From the NCBI RefSeq assembly GCF_003231495.1, contig NZ_PQWO01000006.1, positions 1 to 32,000 of the forward strand: a DNA stretch of 32,000 bases, in the 5' to 3' direction. Within the stretch, counting starts at the first letter, position 1; each line of letters opens with the position of its first letter. The notes under the pieces were generated by a model, which saw nothing but the letters and a program-made list of their open reading frames with translations, ran no database searches and had not been told where the DNA came from. The DNA comes from Acaryochloris thomasi RCC1774. GTDB taxonomy: Bacteria > Cyanobacteriota > Cyanobacteriia > Thermosynechococcales > Thermosynechococcaceae. The position numbers and the translations under genes are program-made. Below, one piece after another: positions 15,821 to 24,970 of the stretch.

Positions 15821-16016
15821 TCCAAAAATGTTGAAGCGAATCAACAGTCTCATCAAAGATATTCAGCGACAGCCGTTCGAAGGCGTTGGTAAACCAGAAC
15901 CCTTAAAGCACAACTTCTCTGGATATTGGTCAAGGCGAATCACTGATGAGCACAGAATTATCTATAAGGTCGAAAAGGATTCGTTGATGATTGCTCAACT
16001 TCAATATCACTACTAA
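15810..16016 (+). pseudogene. yoeB: 3' fragment of a YoeB/Txe-family toxin gene (missing about the first 17 codons; no yefM)
   Basis: [66 protein letters not shown]-stop parallels E. coli YoeB (...[44 protein letters not shown]...CRYHY). The upstream part of the track ORF (15702-) is out-of-frame SDR sequence. Confidence 0.8.
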
Positions 16017-16099
16017 CCGTTGCCCATCACCCGCCGCCGATCAACTTTGTAGTATACCGATCAACTCTCAACGGTCGGTGTGTACGGGCGCTTTTAGGC
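16012..16099. repeat. Structured imperfect-palindromic repeat, copy A (attC-like architecture)
   Basis: ACTAACCGTTGCCCATCACCC...CCGATCAACTCTCAACGGTCGGTGTGTACGGGCGCTTTTAGGC. The left block (ACTAAC(C)GTTGCNCATCACCC) and right block (CCGAnCAACTnTCnnCGGTCGG-YGYGYA-nGGGCG) are shared with 25695-25769. The outer arms pair (CTAA/TTAG, GCCC/GGGC). It contains the stop codons of both convergent neighbours. Confidence 0.6.
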
Positions 16100-16477
16100 A
16101 CCGAGACCGGATGATGGAAGTGAGCAGATTTTCATGGCTTGAATCAAGCCATCTTTAATAGTGTAACGGTGACCAACGTGCTCATTGGCAAGTACGGCTC
16201 CGGACAGATCGCGCACGACCTGATGCACCTTGACCAAGACCTGCCCATCATCTTCTAAGTGAAAGGCAACCGGCTCGTTATGTGCACTGATCTCGCTCCC
16301 CTGCTCCACCCAGTAAGCGCGGACTTCTTCCGGTCCATGGACAAAACCACCTTTGAACGCTCTTGGCCAATGCACGTCGGGAGTCATGAGGGCGAGGACG
16401 GCATCAAGGTCGCGCGCATTGAAGGCCGTGTACGCTGTGCGTAGCAGCTCGATTTCTGGTGCAGGTTGGTCTGACAT
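16094..16477 (-). CDS. SnoaL-like / NTF2-family protein
   Basis: From ATG 16477: MSDQPAPEIELLRTAYTAFNARDLDAVLALMTPDVHW..., a typical SnoaL_2/NTF2 N-terminus. The track ORF's 22 extra N-terminal codons look like read-through. Confidence 0.7.
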   Translation of the reverse strand: MSDQPAPEIELLRTAYTAFNARDLDAVLALMTPDVHWPRAFKGGFVHGPEEVRAYWVEQGSEISAHNEPVAFHLEDDGQVLVKVHQVVRDLSGAVLANEHVGHRYTIKDGLIQAMKICSLPSSGLGA

Positions 16478-16609
16478 AAGAGGTAGGTGAAGGAGATGGG
16501 TGGACACCCCTAAAATAGTTTTAGCCTCAACCTGCCGTCTCATCCAATTCTGCTAAATTTATCCTAATCCTGCTTGAGACGTGAAATATTAACTGGGTTA
16601 AAGCCCATC

Positions 16610-17500
16610 ATGAACCATGCAACCTTCGCACTTGATTTTACAAACCAACAGGAAGCAGCGCGAGTGCTTCCACACTCGCCCTTCGTGGCTAGCTATCATA
16701 CCGGATGGAAAGGATTAACCTTCACCCACTACTGCCATCCTCCCCATAAAACGGTGGAGCATTGCCTTCTACAGCATGCACTGGTAATCACCGACCCCAA
16801 AAGTTGCTTTCAGGCAGAGCGTCGTTTAGATGGCAAACTCAAACACTACGCCCACGGCAACGGTCGCGTAGATGTTATCCCAGCATTTCTAAATCATTGG
16901 ACAAACTGGGATCAAGAAGTCGAATTTTCGGTGATTGCGATTTGTCCAACATTGCTGAATCAAATCGCTCAGCAACGTGAAATAGAACTGATTCCACAGT
17001 TTTCAATAGATGATCCGGTAATCCAGCAGTTAGCCCTCGCGTTTAAGACGGAAATCCAAACGGGTTGTCTGTCTGGCAGGTTGTATGGCGAGTCATTGGG
17101 GACAGCGCTTGCCGCTCGTTTGGCGGGGAACTATGCAATCAGAAAGCCTGAGTTGAAAGCTAATGGTTTACCCCAATCACAGTTGGAGCAAGTCATTGAT
17201 TATATGCAGGCAAATTTGACACAAGATTTATCGATTTTGGATTTGGCGACCCTGACCCGCATGAGTGAATCCCACTTTAGCCGATCCTTCAAGCAATCAG
17301 TGGGAATTGCGCCCTATCGGTATTTGATGCAACAACGTGTGGCACGAGCTAAGCAATTACTGCAACAGCAAGCCCTAAAACAGCAAACTATCTCAATTAG
17401 CGACATTGCTCTAGATTGTGGCTTTGCAAATCAAACGCATCTAACAAAAGTCTTCCGTCAGATGACAGGGATGACACCCAAAGCTTATCAAAAGCGATGA
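16610..17500 (+). CDS. AraC-family transcriptional regulator
   Basis: C-terminal HTH pair ...MSESHFSRSFKQSVGIAPYRYLMQQRVARAKQLL...GFANQTHLTKVFRQMTGMTPKAYQ. The start is taken at ATG 16610 (the track uses TTG 16574). Confidence 0.85.
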   Translation: MNHATFALDFTNQQEAARVLPHSPFVASYHTGWKGLTFTHYCHPPHKTVEHCLLQHALVITDPKSCFQAERRLDGKLKHYAHGNGRVDVIPAFLNHWTNWDQEVEFSVIAICPTLLNQIAQQREIELIPQFSIDDPVIQQLALAFKTEIQTGCLSGRLYGESLGTALAARLAGNYAIRKPELKANGLPQSQLEQVIDYMQANLTQDLSILDLATLTRMSESHFSRSFKQSVGIAPYRYLMQQRVARAKQLLQQQALKQQTISISDIALDCGFANQTHLTKVFRQMTGMTPKAYQKR

Positions 17501-17636
17501 TCCAAAGTAGATTCTGGGGGCGCAGATCTACGCACTTAGCACCAGCGGCTTTCAACCGTCCGCTGCATTTGAATTGTTCGGCGGCGATCTCATTCGATCC
17601 AACTTCAAGCTAAATAATAAATGTACAATCCCATGC

Positions 17637-18572
17637 TCAGGCTGTTCGTAAACGTTCAATATCCCGAATCGGCGGCGCACCAAACATCCGAGAATACTCG
17701 CGACTGAATTGTGAAGGACTTTCATACCCCACCTGATAGGCGGCGTTGGACGCATTAGAGTTTTCGGCAAGCATCAGGCGACGGGCTTCAAGGAGTCTTA
17801 ATTGCTTTTGGTATTGCAGCGGACTCATGGATGTCACTGCTTTGAAATGATGATGAAAAGAGGAAGCAGACATCTCCGCTTGCCTTGCGAGATTTTCAAT
17901 CTGCATCGGTCGTGCTAAATCAGCCTTGAGTCGCTCAATTACCTCAGCAATTCGCTGCATACTGCTACCAGAGGTGGCAATTTGGCGAACCGCTGCACCT
18001 TGGTCACTCATTAATAGGCGATAGTAGAGTTCACGTATCATTAGCGGTGCCAGGATTGCAATATCCTGTGGGGTATCCAAAAGCCTTGCGAGTCTGAGCG
18101 TGCAATCGAGCAAGGGTCGATCAGTCGTGCCGATAAATAGACCTCTAACCGCATTCTCTGGTTGGCATTGATTCGGACTTGTTTGAATCGCTAGATCGCA
18201 GAGCTGACAGGGATCTAGATTCACCTTGAACCCCAGATAAGGCTTTTCAGGTGTTGCTTCCACAACAAATGCGCTTAACGGCAAATCAACTGAAGCGACA
18301 AGACATTGCGCGACACCAAAAGGATAGACTTCCTCACCCAGCAATACTTTCTTTTTACCTTGAACCAGAATGGCAAAGAAAGGGTTGCAGACACTATGTA
18401 TTGCAGTGGGCACTGAAGAGGCTCGCTGCAATACCACCTGATCGATCGCAGTTTGATGAAACCCGTCTCTTCTACCATCCGTATGACGAGTGAGCAGTGA
18501 CGCTAATTCTTGGCACTGGTTCGTCGTCGCAGTTGGCTGGCTGGCTGGTGGGCCAATGACTTGATTTGCCAT
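17637..18572 (-). CDS. AraC-family transcriptional regulator with an AraC_N-type N-terminal domain
   Basis: C-terminal ...MSASSFHHHFKAVTSMSPLQYQKQLRLLEARRLM...GYESPSQFSREYSRMFGAPPIRD. The long N-terminal domain is like the AraC_N family. The gene is divergent from the Kelch-MFP-RND genes. Confidence 0.85.
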   Translation of the reverse strand: MANQVIGPPASQPTATTNQCQELASLLTRHTDGRRDGFHQTAIDQVVLQRASSVPTAIHSVCNPFFAILVQGKKKVLLGEEVYPFGVAQCLVASVDLPLSAFVVEATPEKPYLGFKVNLDPCQLCDLAIQTSPNQCQPENAVRGLFIGTTDRPLLDCTLRLARLLDTPQDIAILAPLMIRELYYRLLMSDQGAAVRQIATSGSSMQRIAEVIERLKADLARPMQIENLARQAEMSASSFHHHFKAVTSMSPLQYQKQLRLLEARRLMLAENSNASNAAYQVGYESPSQFSREYSRMFGAPPIRDIERLRTA

Positions 18573-18614
18573 ATCGATTCGCTCAATCGTATTCCAATCG
18601 GCATTATCGTATTC
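18573..18614. promoter_or_regulatory. Cluster of ATCG(N)ATTC direct repeats in the AraC / Kelch divergent intergenic region
   Basis: ATCGATTC at 18573-18580, ATCGTATTC at 18586-18594, and ATCGTATTC at 18606-18614 (identical 9-mers 20 nt apart). The cluster begins immediately upstream of the AraC-family start codon (18572). Confidence 0.35.
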
Positions 18615-18795
18615 TACTCAGAATTATAGAGAACTCATAAAATTCCAGCTTGGAGGATTAGGCAATCAACTGCGAGGTCTGTGTATTTATCAGTCTGGAT
18701 TCTATCGCTACTGTGAACCTAGTTAGATCGATCACTTAAAAGTCTGTGATACAAACCTTAGTTTTATATAGAGCAAAGTCATAAAAAATACAGTC

Positions 18796-19809
18796 ATGAA
18801 GAACAAAATTGCAAAAATAGCAATTACCGCATTAGCTGGACTTTTGGCAACTACGGCAGCAGCCCAGACAGATTTACAGTGGACAGATGCAGCGCCTCTC
18901 CCCGCAGAAGTACAAGAAATTTACGCCGATATAAGAAACGATAAAATATATACCCTTGGCGGTCTATTCGAAGGTGCACAGAGTGTTTCAGACAATTTTC
19001 TGGAATATGACGCTACTAGAGATACATGGACTGAACTCAGTCCTCTACCGGAAGCACGGCATCATGTTGCGGTCTCTATTGTTGAGGATCAACTTTATGG
19101 AATAGGTGGATTTGTCGGAGGATTTCCTAACTGGGAAGCTCAAAACACCGTATTTGTCTACGATTTTAATATAGAAGAATGGACTGAAAGTACGCCTTTG
19201 CCACAGCCGCGCGGTGAACATACGGCTGCGGTCATAGACGGAAAAATCTACGTGGTTGGTGGGCGCTTAAAAGGAACGCCTGATTCGACAAACTTCAACG
19301 ATCATTTTGATACTGCTAGTCTATTAGTTTTCGATCCTATCACCGAAGTATGGTCGCCTGCTCCTGATGCGCCCACCGCCCGAAATAGCCATGCAGCAGC
19401 GGTTATTGATGAAAAAATGTATGTTGTCGGCGGGCGCGAGTTTACGGAACAAGAAAATGGCGAGTATGCAAACGTTAACGTAGCCAGCCTTGAAGCATAC
19501 GATCCAGAAGCAGAAAATTGGGAAACGCTTGCCCCGCTACCCCAAGCCGCAGGGGGTATCACTGCTACAGCTGTAGATGGCAAGCTGTATGTCTTTGGTG
19601 GTGAACAGTGGGTTCCAGAACAAGCGGTTATTGCTGAAGCATGGGTTTACGATCCAGCGTTAGATCAGTGGAATTCGGTCCCGGACATGCCAACTCCGCG
19701 TCATGGTATGGCAGCAGGAGCGATCGGCAACCAAATTTATGTGATTGGTGGAGCAACCGAAACCGGAGCGGGCGCAGTTAATACAAATGAGACTCTCTTA
19801 GTACGCTGA
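18796..19809 (+). CDS. Secreted Kelch-repeat beta-propeller protein (NanM/galactose-oxidase-like fold)
   Basis: Signal peptide MKNKIAKIAITALAGLLATTAAAQ. Six Kelch-type blades are marked by YTLGG, YGIGG, YVVGGR, YVVGGRE, YVFGGE and YVIGGA. Confidence 0.8.
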   Translation: MKNKIAKIAITALAGLLATTAAAQTDLQWTDAAPLPAEVQEIYADIRNDKIYTLGGLFEGAQSVSDNFLEYDATRDTWTELSPLPEARHHVAVSIVEDQLYGIGGFVGGFPNWEAQNTVFVYDFNIEEWTESTPLPQPRGEHTAAVIDGKIYVVGGRLKGTPDSTNFNDHFDTASLLVFDPITEVWSPAPDAPTARNSHAAAVIDEKMYVVGGREFTEQENGEYANVNVASLEAYDPEAENWETLAPLPQAAGGITATAVDGKLYVFGGEQWVPEQAVIAEAWVYDPALDQWNSVPDMPTPRHGMAAGAIGNQIYVIGGATETGAGAVNTNETLLVR

Positions 19810-19869
19810 TTAGACAAGCGCTCAAAAGATATGAGGCGACATACATGATCCGTAAGGGACAGGTCAAAG

Positions 19870-21237
19870 ATGTCAAAAAAGGTGAAATTTAGAGTCATGA
19901 CATCCGCTAATATTTCGTCCCAACAGTCTCCAGAATTAGAACCAGCGTCAGAACAACAGCAGGAAAAACCTAACCAGAAAAAAATTAAGCTACCTGGATG
20001 GTTACTTGCACTCTTACTGGTAGGAGGCGTTGGTTTGTGGCAAGTGTTTACAACGAGTTCTTCACCAACAGCCGACTCTAACGCACAAACGCCACCGCCC
20101 AAATCCGTTGAAACGATAGCTCTAACATCAGGTACGGGTAACAGGCAGGTAAGGTTATTAGGACAAGTGGAGGCAGGAGAAAGGGCAACGTTAAGTCCGC
20201 AGCTAGATGGTGCGGTACAGAGCGTTTCGGTTAGAGAAGGAGATCGCGTTACGCCAGGAATGACAGTAGCCGTGCTTGACGATGCCGATTCTAGATTGGC
20301 TTTAGCCGAGGCACAGGCGAGATTAGCCCAGGAAAGAAGCAATTTAGCCAGGTTACAAGTCGGGACTCGTCCCGAAATAATTGCCCAAAGAGAAGCAGAA
20401 TTAGACTCAGCCACAGCTAGAGAGTTAGAGGCAAAAGATAATTTGGAACGGATATCGGATTTGACTGAAAGAGGAGCACTCTCTCAAAGAGATTTAATCG
20501 AAGCAAGAACCGAAGCTGACGCTGCTAGAAGCGAAAGATACCGTGTTGAAGCTTTACTCGCTGAGGCACAGGCAGGCGCTACCAAAGAAGAAGTTGATGC
20601 TCAGCGAGGCTTGGTAGATGCTGCTAATGTAGTCGTCGAACAAATACAGTTGAGGGTGCGGCGCACAGAGGTTAAAGCAGCCTCTTTGGGAATAGTCCAG
20701 TCGCGGGATGTCGATCCTGGTGATTACGTCGAAGTCGGCGACCCTGTCGTGACTATCGTTAGCGATCGCTCTTTAGAGATCTTTCTAGAAGTACCCGAAA
20801 GCTTAAGCGGGCAAGTGGCTCCAGGAATGCAGGTCACCCTCAACGCTAGAGCGTTACCTGACTGGCAACAGGCAACAGAAATTACCGCCGTAGTACCCAC
20901 CGCTGACACCGCTTCTCGTCGGCAGCGAGTGAGGGTGAGTTTGAATACTCCACCGCCAAGACTGCTGCCAGGCATGGCAATTCAGGCAAGCTTAGCCGTG
21001 CCGATCGAAAGTATAGATACCTTTGTCGTGCCTCGTGAGGCGTTGACCCGGCGGGGGGATGAATGGCTGTTGTTTGTGGTTGATAACGATCAAGCGCAAC
21101 AGCTTGAAGTCAAAATATCGGCGGACTTGGGGCAAGACGTCGTCATTGCTAATGCCGAGTTGAGAGCAGGTCAAAATATTGTCGTTACCGGCGGAGATGG
21201 CCTCACCGATGACGCTCCAGTACAGGTCGTCAATTAG
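19870..21237 (+). CDS. RND efflux periplasmic adaptor (membrane fusion protein, HlyD/AcrA family)
   Basis: N-terminal TM segment (WLLALLLVGGVGLW). Lipoyl-like segment (VSVREGDRVTPGMTVAVLDD). Long coiled-coil hairpin (LALAEAQARLAQERSNLARLQ...AEAQAGATKEEVDAQRGLVDAA), then beta-barrel and MP domains. Confidence 0.9.
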   Translation: MSKKVKFRVMTSANISSQQSPELEPASEQQQEKPNQKKIKLPGWLLALLLVGGVGLWQVFTTSSSPTADSNAQTPPPKSVETIALTSGTGNRQVRLLGQVEAGERATLSPQLDGAVQSVSVREGDRVTPGMTVAVLDDADSRLALAEAQARLAQERSNLARLQVGTRPEIIAQREAELDSATARELEAKDNLERISDLTERGALSQRDLIEARTEADAARSERYRVEALLAEAQAGATKEEVDAQRGLVDAANVVVEQIQLRVRRTEVKAASLGIVQSRDVDPGDYVEVGDPVVTIVSDRSLEIFLEVPESLSGQVAPGMQVTLNARALPDWQQATEITAVVPTADTASRRQRVRVSLNTPPPRLLPGMAIQASLAVPIESIDTFVVPREALTRRGDEWLLFVVDNDQAQQLEVKISADLGQDVVIANAELRAGQNIVVTGGDGLTDDAPVQVVN

Positions 21238-21311
21238 GCAGCCGCAGCAGGTTTGCCGCCAAAAGCAATCGAGTCGCGACCGCGATAATCACTTACTAGC
21301 AACTTAGGCAA

Positions 21312-24300
21312 ATGAGTTTAATTAAAACCGCTGTCCGATGGCGACACGGCACAGGCGTCTTGTTTTGCCTGCTTGCCCTCTTTGGCATTCTGGCATTATT
21401 CCAACTACCCCTAGAATTGCAGCCTGGCGGCGATCGCCCCGAAATCAGTATTACGACTCCCTACCTGGGGGCTTCTCCGGCAGAAGTAGAAGATTTGGTG
21501 ACCCGCCCGATTGAAGAAAGGCTCGAAGAGGTTCAGGGTATACAAGAAATTACCAGTACCAGTGGCGCAGGCGTCAGCACCATTGGGGTCGAATTTGAAT
21601 GGGGTAGCGATATCGAGCGCTCCTTAGTCGACGTGTTTAGCAAGCTACAGCAAGTTGAAGCACTCCCGGCAGAAGCCGACGAGTCTGATGTCGAAGTCAT
21701 TAGCGGTAGCAGCGATGCCATGATGTGGGTCGTGTTAGTTCCCAAGGAAGGCTTCACGGCTGATGATTATCACTATCGGGATTTAGTGGACGAAGTGATT
21801 GTTCCGCGCTTTCGTCAGGTGCAAGGTGTGGGACAGTTTTTCATATCGGGCGGTAGAGCCAGAGAAGTTGAGGTCATTGTTGATCCTAAAGCCTTGGCCG
21901 CTCGCAGTCTTACCATTGGCGATGTGGCTGCGACCCTCCGTAACAACAACCGCGATATTCGGGGCGGGCCTTTAGTATTAGGGCGAAGAGAGTATCGGGT
22001 ACGGACGGTCAGTCGAATTGAAGACGTGGAACAGTTAGAGGGATTTGTGCTGCGTCGGGATGAGGCCGGGACGGTTTATCTCGGTGATGTCGCCGAAGCT
22101 CGGATGGGACGCGCCATCCAAGACCGCGCCCTCATCGCCAATAACGAACCGGCGGTCGCCACCGGCATTGTGCGACAGGTTGGGGGTAACGTACCCGAAA
22201 TATCCGCAGGCATCAGAGCAGCCTTGGTTGAGTTAGAAGCTAGATTTGATCGCGAGGGAGAAGGGATCGCCTTTGAGATTGTTTATGACGAAAATGACTA
22301 TATCAATGAGTCGATTTCTTTCGTCCAGAGTAATCTGATTCTCGGGGCGATTTTAGCCGCGTTGGTATTGCTGTTGTTCCTAGGTTCGCTACGAACAGTC
22401 GGTGTGATTGCGATCGCAATTCCCACCACCCTAATTACGGTCTTCATCGTCTTTTACCTACTAGGCCGCACCCTCAACGTCATTAGCCTAGCGGGACTGG
22501 CTTTTGCGGTAGGGATGGTCGTAGACAATGCCATTGTTGTCTTAGAAAACGTCTTTACCCATATGCAGCAGGGTAAAACGCCGATGAAAGCGGCCATTGA
22601 CGGCACCCAAGAAGTCGGCGGCGCGATGCTGGCGTCTACTTTAACGACGGTAGTCGTGTTTGCCCCGATAGTCTTAGTGACCGGAGAAGCTGGACAGCTA
22701 TTCTTTGATATCGGGATTGCGCTGTCTGCTTCGGTCCTGTTTTCCCTATTTGCCGCTCTCACCCTGATTCCGATGCTGGCCGGACTGTTTCTTAAACGAT
22801 CGGAAGCCGAGCAGATGCTATCAGAAGGAGACTATCGAGGCGGCAATAGGTTAGAACGTGCGGTAGCTCAAACTTCGGCTGTATTTCGCCACTTTCAAAG
22901 AAGATTAGAGCAATTCATTTTGAAAACAGTGCAGTGGTCAGTTGGCAGAGGTAAATTAAACCGTCGCCTACTCGTTCTAGCGCTCCCCATCCTTTTATTA
23001 TTCGCCAGTTCCCAACTATTACCCCCCGCCGACTACTTGCCAGAGGGAAATCGCAACATGATTATCTGGTTAGCCGAGCCTTTTCCGGGAACGAGTATTC
23101 CCGAAGGGATTGAACTTTCTCAAGCACCGAGAGATTTACTGAGCTCTCAACCAGAGATTATGCATACTGTTTCTATCCATCGTTCGAGCGATAGATTTAT
23201 TGGCGGTTTTGTTAAATCTGAAGAGGCCACCAGCAACAAGCTCAATAATTTAGTCGATCTGTTAAACGCCAGAAGCAACGATTTTCCTGGCTACCGTTTC
23301 CTCGTGCCTATGCGGTCCTCTATTTTTGAAAATCCGGGTAAAGAATTTGAAGTGCAGGTAATTGGTGAAAACTTAGCGGAAATAGATGCGCTTCAGCAAC
23401 AGCTTAACCAACAAATTAGTGAACTATCTGGCATTGAAAATGTTCGCTCCAACTTTGTCACGGGCGCGCCAGAATTACAGGTAATGCCCGACCGTGAACG
23501 TTTGGCAGAAGTCGGATTGTCCGAAGGTGAAGTCGGCGAAATGGTACAGGCTGCTTTGGGCGGTTTACGAGCCTCAGAATTTGTCGATGGAAAAAGAGAA
23601 CTAGATGTTTCGGTTGAGTTACAAGATACCTTTGTAGAAACGCCTGCACAGCTACGGGAACTCGCTATTTACAGTGGTAATGGTCAAAGCGTTCAGCTAG
23701 CCGATGTTGCTCAGGTATTAGAAACGACGGGCGCAGATGCCATCAACCACGTCAATTTAGAGCGCTCTATTACGCTGACGGCTTCTGTCTCTAGAGAAGC
23801 CCCGCTGGGTGAGTTAATCAATCGCACCGAACAAGAAATTCTCGAACCTTTACGTCAAGAACTACCGTCCGGTGTTCGCGTTGAGTTAGCCGGATCGGCA
23901 GACGTTTTAGCCGAGACACTCTTTCAGTTAGGGTCTACTTTCTTACTCTCATTAGTCATTACCTATTTACTGCTAGTGGCGCTGTATCGCTCTTTTATCT
24001 ACCCGTTACTAATCATGGCAACCGTCCCGATGGGCATGACCGGAGCGCTATTGTCTTTAGTCGTTGCTAATGCTATTCCAGGTGTCGTCGTTCCCCTCGA
24101 TATGATCACAGGACTGGGGTTTGTCATCCTCACTGGGGTCGTCGTAAACAACGCGATTCTTCTCGTCGATCGCGCCTTACAGCTGCAAGAGGAAGGCATG
24201 GAATATGACGCCTCTTTATATCATGCGGTAGGCGATCGCTTGCGACCCATTTTCATGTCCGCAGGGACGAGTGTGCTAGGAATGCTTCCTCTAGCAATCC

Positions 24301-24506
24301 TTCCCGGAAAAGGCGCAGAGCTTTATCAGGGCTTGGGTATTACGCTAACGGGTGGTCTGGCTTTATCTACTTTCTTAACGCCGACGGTAATTCCTGCTCT
24401 AATGGGGCTAATACAAGATTTTCAGCCCAACAGGAGCAAGAAAGTAAGAGATTATAGTCAGGAAGAAGCCCTAGAATTGATGTCGAGTCAGAATCAAAAA
24501 CACTAA
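21312..24506 (+). CDS. RND efflux permease (AcrB/AcrD/AcrF family)
   Basis: 1064 aa with two 6-TM bundles and large periplasmic loops. Conserved TM4 box GLAFAVGMVVDNAIVVLENV and its repeat GFVILTGVVVNNAILLVD. Confidence 0.95.
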   Translation: MSLIKTAVRWRHGTGVLFCLLALFGILALFQLPLELQPGGDRPEISITTPYLGASPAEVEDLVTRPIEERLEEVQGIQEITSTSGAGVSTIGVEFEWGSDIERSLVDVFSKLQQVEALPAEADESDVEVISGSSDAMMWVVLVPKEGFTADDYHYRDLVDEVIVPRFRQVQGVGQFFISGGRAREVEVIVDPKALAARSLTIGDVAATLRNNNRDIRGGPLVLGRREYRVRTVSRIEDVEQLEGFVLRRDEAGTVYLGDVAEARMGRAIQDRALIANNEPAVATGIVRQVGGNVPEISAGIRAALVELEARFDREGEGIAFEIVYDENDYINESISFVQSNLILGAILAALVLLLFLGSLRTVGVIAIAIPTTLITVFIVFYLLGRTLNVISLAGLAFAVGMVVDNAIVVLENVFTHMQQGKTPMKAAIDGTQEVGGAMLASTLTTVVVFAPIVLVTGEAGQLFFDIGIALSASVLFSLFAALTLIPMLAGLFLKRSEAEQMLSEGDYRGGNRLERAVAQTSAVFRHFQRRLEQFILKTVQWSVGRGKLNRRLLVLALPILLLFASSQLLPPADYLPEGNRNMIIWLAEPFPGTSIPEGIELSQAPRDLLSSQPEIMHTVSIHRSSDRFIGGFVKSEEATSNKLNNLVDLLNARSNDFPGYRFLVPMRSSIFENPGKEFEVQVIGENLAEIDALQQQLNQQISELSGIENVRSNFVTGAPELQVMPDRERLAEVGLSEGEVGEMVQAALGGLRASEFVDGKRELDVSVELQDTFVETPAQLRELAIYSGNGQSVQLADVAQVLETTGADAINHVNLERSITLTASVSREAPLGELINRTEQEILEPLRQELPSGVRVELAGSADVLAETLFQLGSTFLLSLVITYLLLVALYRSFIYPLLIMATVPMGMTGALLSLVVANAIPGVVVPLDMITGLGFVILTGVVVNNAILLVDRALQLQEEGMEYDASLYHAVGDRLRPIFMSAGTSVLGMLPLAILPGKGAELYQGLGITLTGGLALSTFLTPTVIPALMGLIQDFQPNRSKKVRDYSQEEALELMSSQNQKH

Positions 24507-24525
24507 ACTTGAATTTTCGGTAGTC

Positions 24526-24954
24526 CTAATCGTGTAAGGATTCATTGTAGTGGTGTACAAACATCCAGATAGCACCAATATGATTAGCAATCTTTTTTGA
24601 AAACGACAGGGTCTTACGCACTAGGCGAGAGACTCGCTGGCGCATGGTGTAATTGAAGCGCTCAATATAGCTCGTTTTGCCTGTTTCCTGACCCACCGCT
24701 TTGTGGCGTTTGCTGGGAAAAACACATCCATAGGCATTCCAAAAATCGGTATATGCTACTGCACATTGACGATAGACCGCGGGTAGTGAAGTCCATAACT
24801 GTTGGGCACCGTGCTCAGAACGCTCACCCACATAAACTCCAACAATCTCACGAGTAGCGACATCAAGGGCCAGCCAAATCCACTGCTTGTTGCTCTTATC
24901 GTTGACGAATGACCATATCTCATCGCACTGAATCGTTAAGGGGCCTTTTTTTTG
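24526..24954 (-). pseudogene. IS1-family transposase, catalytic part (InsB-like), in the +1 frame relative to orfA
   Basis: ...KKGPLTIQCDEIWSFVNDKSNKQWIWLALDVATREIVGVYVG...AVAYTDFWNAY...SYIERFNYTMRQRVSRLVRKTLSFSKK is IS1 InsB-like. It has no plausible independent start. An A8 run (24946-24953, minus strand) marks where the orfA frame would join it if it were one A shorter. Confidence 0.7.
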
Positions 24955-24970
24955 ACGAGACGTTCGCCGT

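Noticed and set aside
15702-16016. 104-aa ORF as listed in the track
   Set aside because: Only the last ~68 codons are YoeB-like. The first ~36 codons are an out-of-frame reading of the SDR N-terminal fragment, so it is annotated as two fragments rather than one gene.
17540-17600. Weak resemblance to the right arm of the repeat (TTCGGCGG, AACCG) between the convergent AraC genes
   Set aside because: Only about 8-10 nt are shared and the TAAC/GTTA ends are absent. It is more simply a small terminator-type hairpin.
19737-20414. 225-aa minus-strand ORF
   Set aside because: It overlaps the Kelch gene end and the MFP gene on the opposite strand. Its composition is low-complexity (Ser/Ala/Cys/Thr-rich) and there is no family resemblance.
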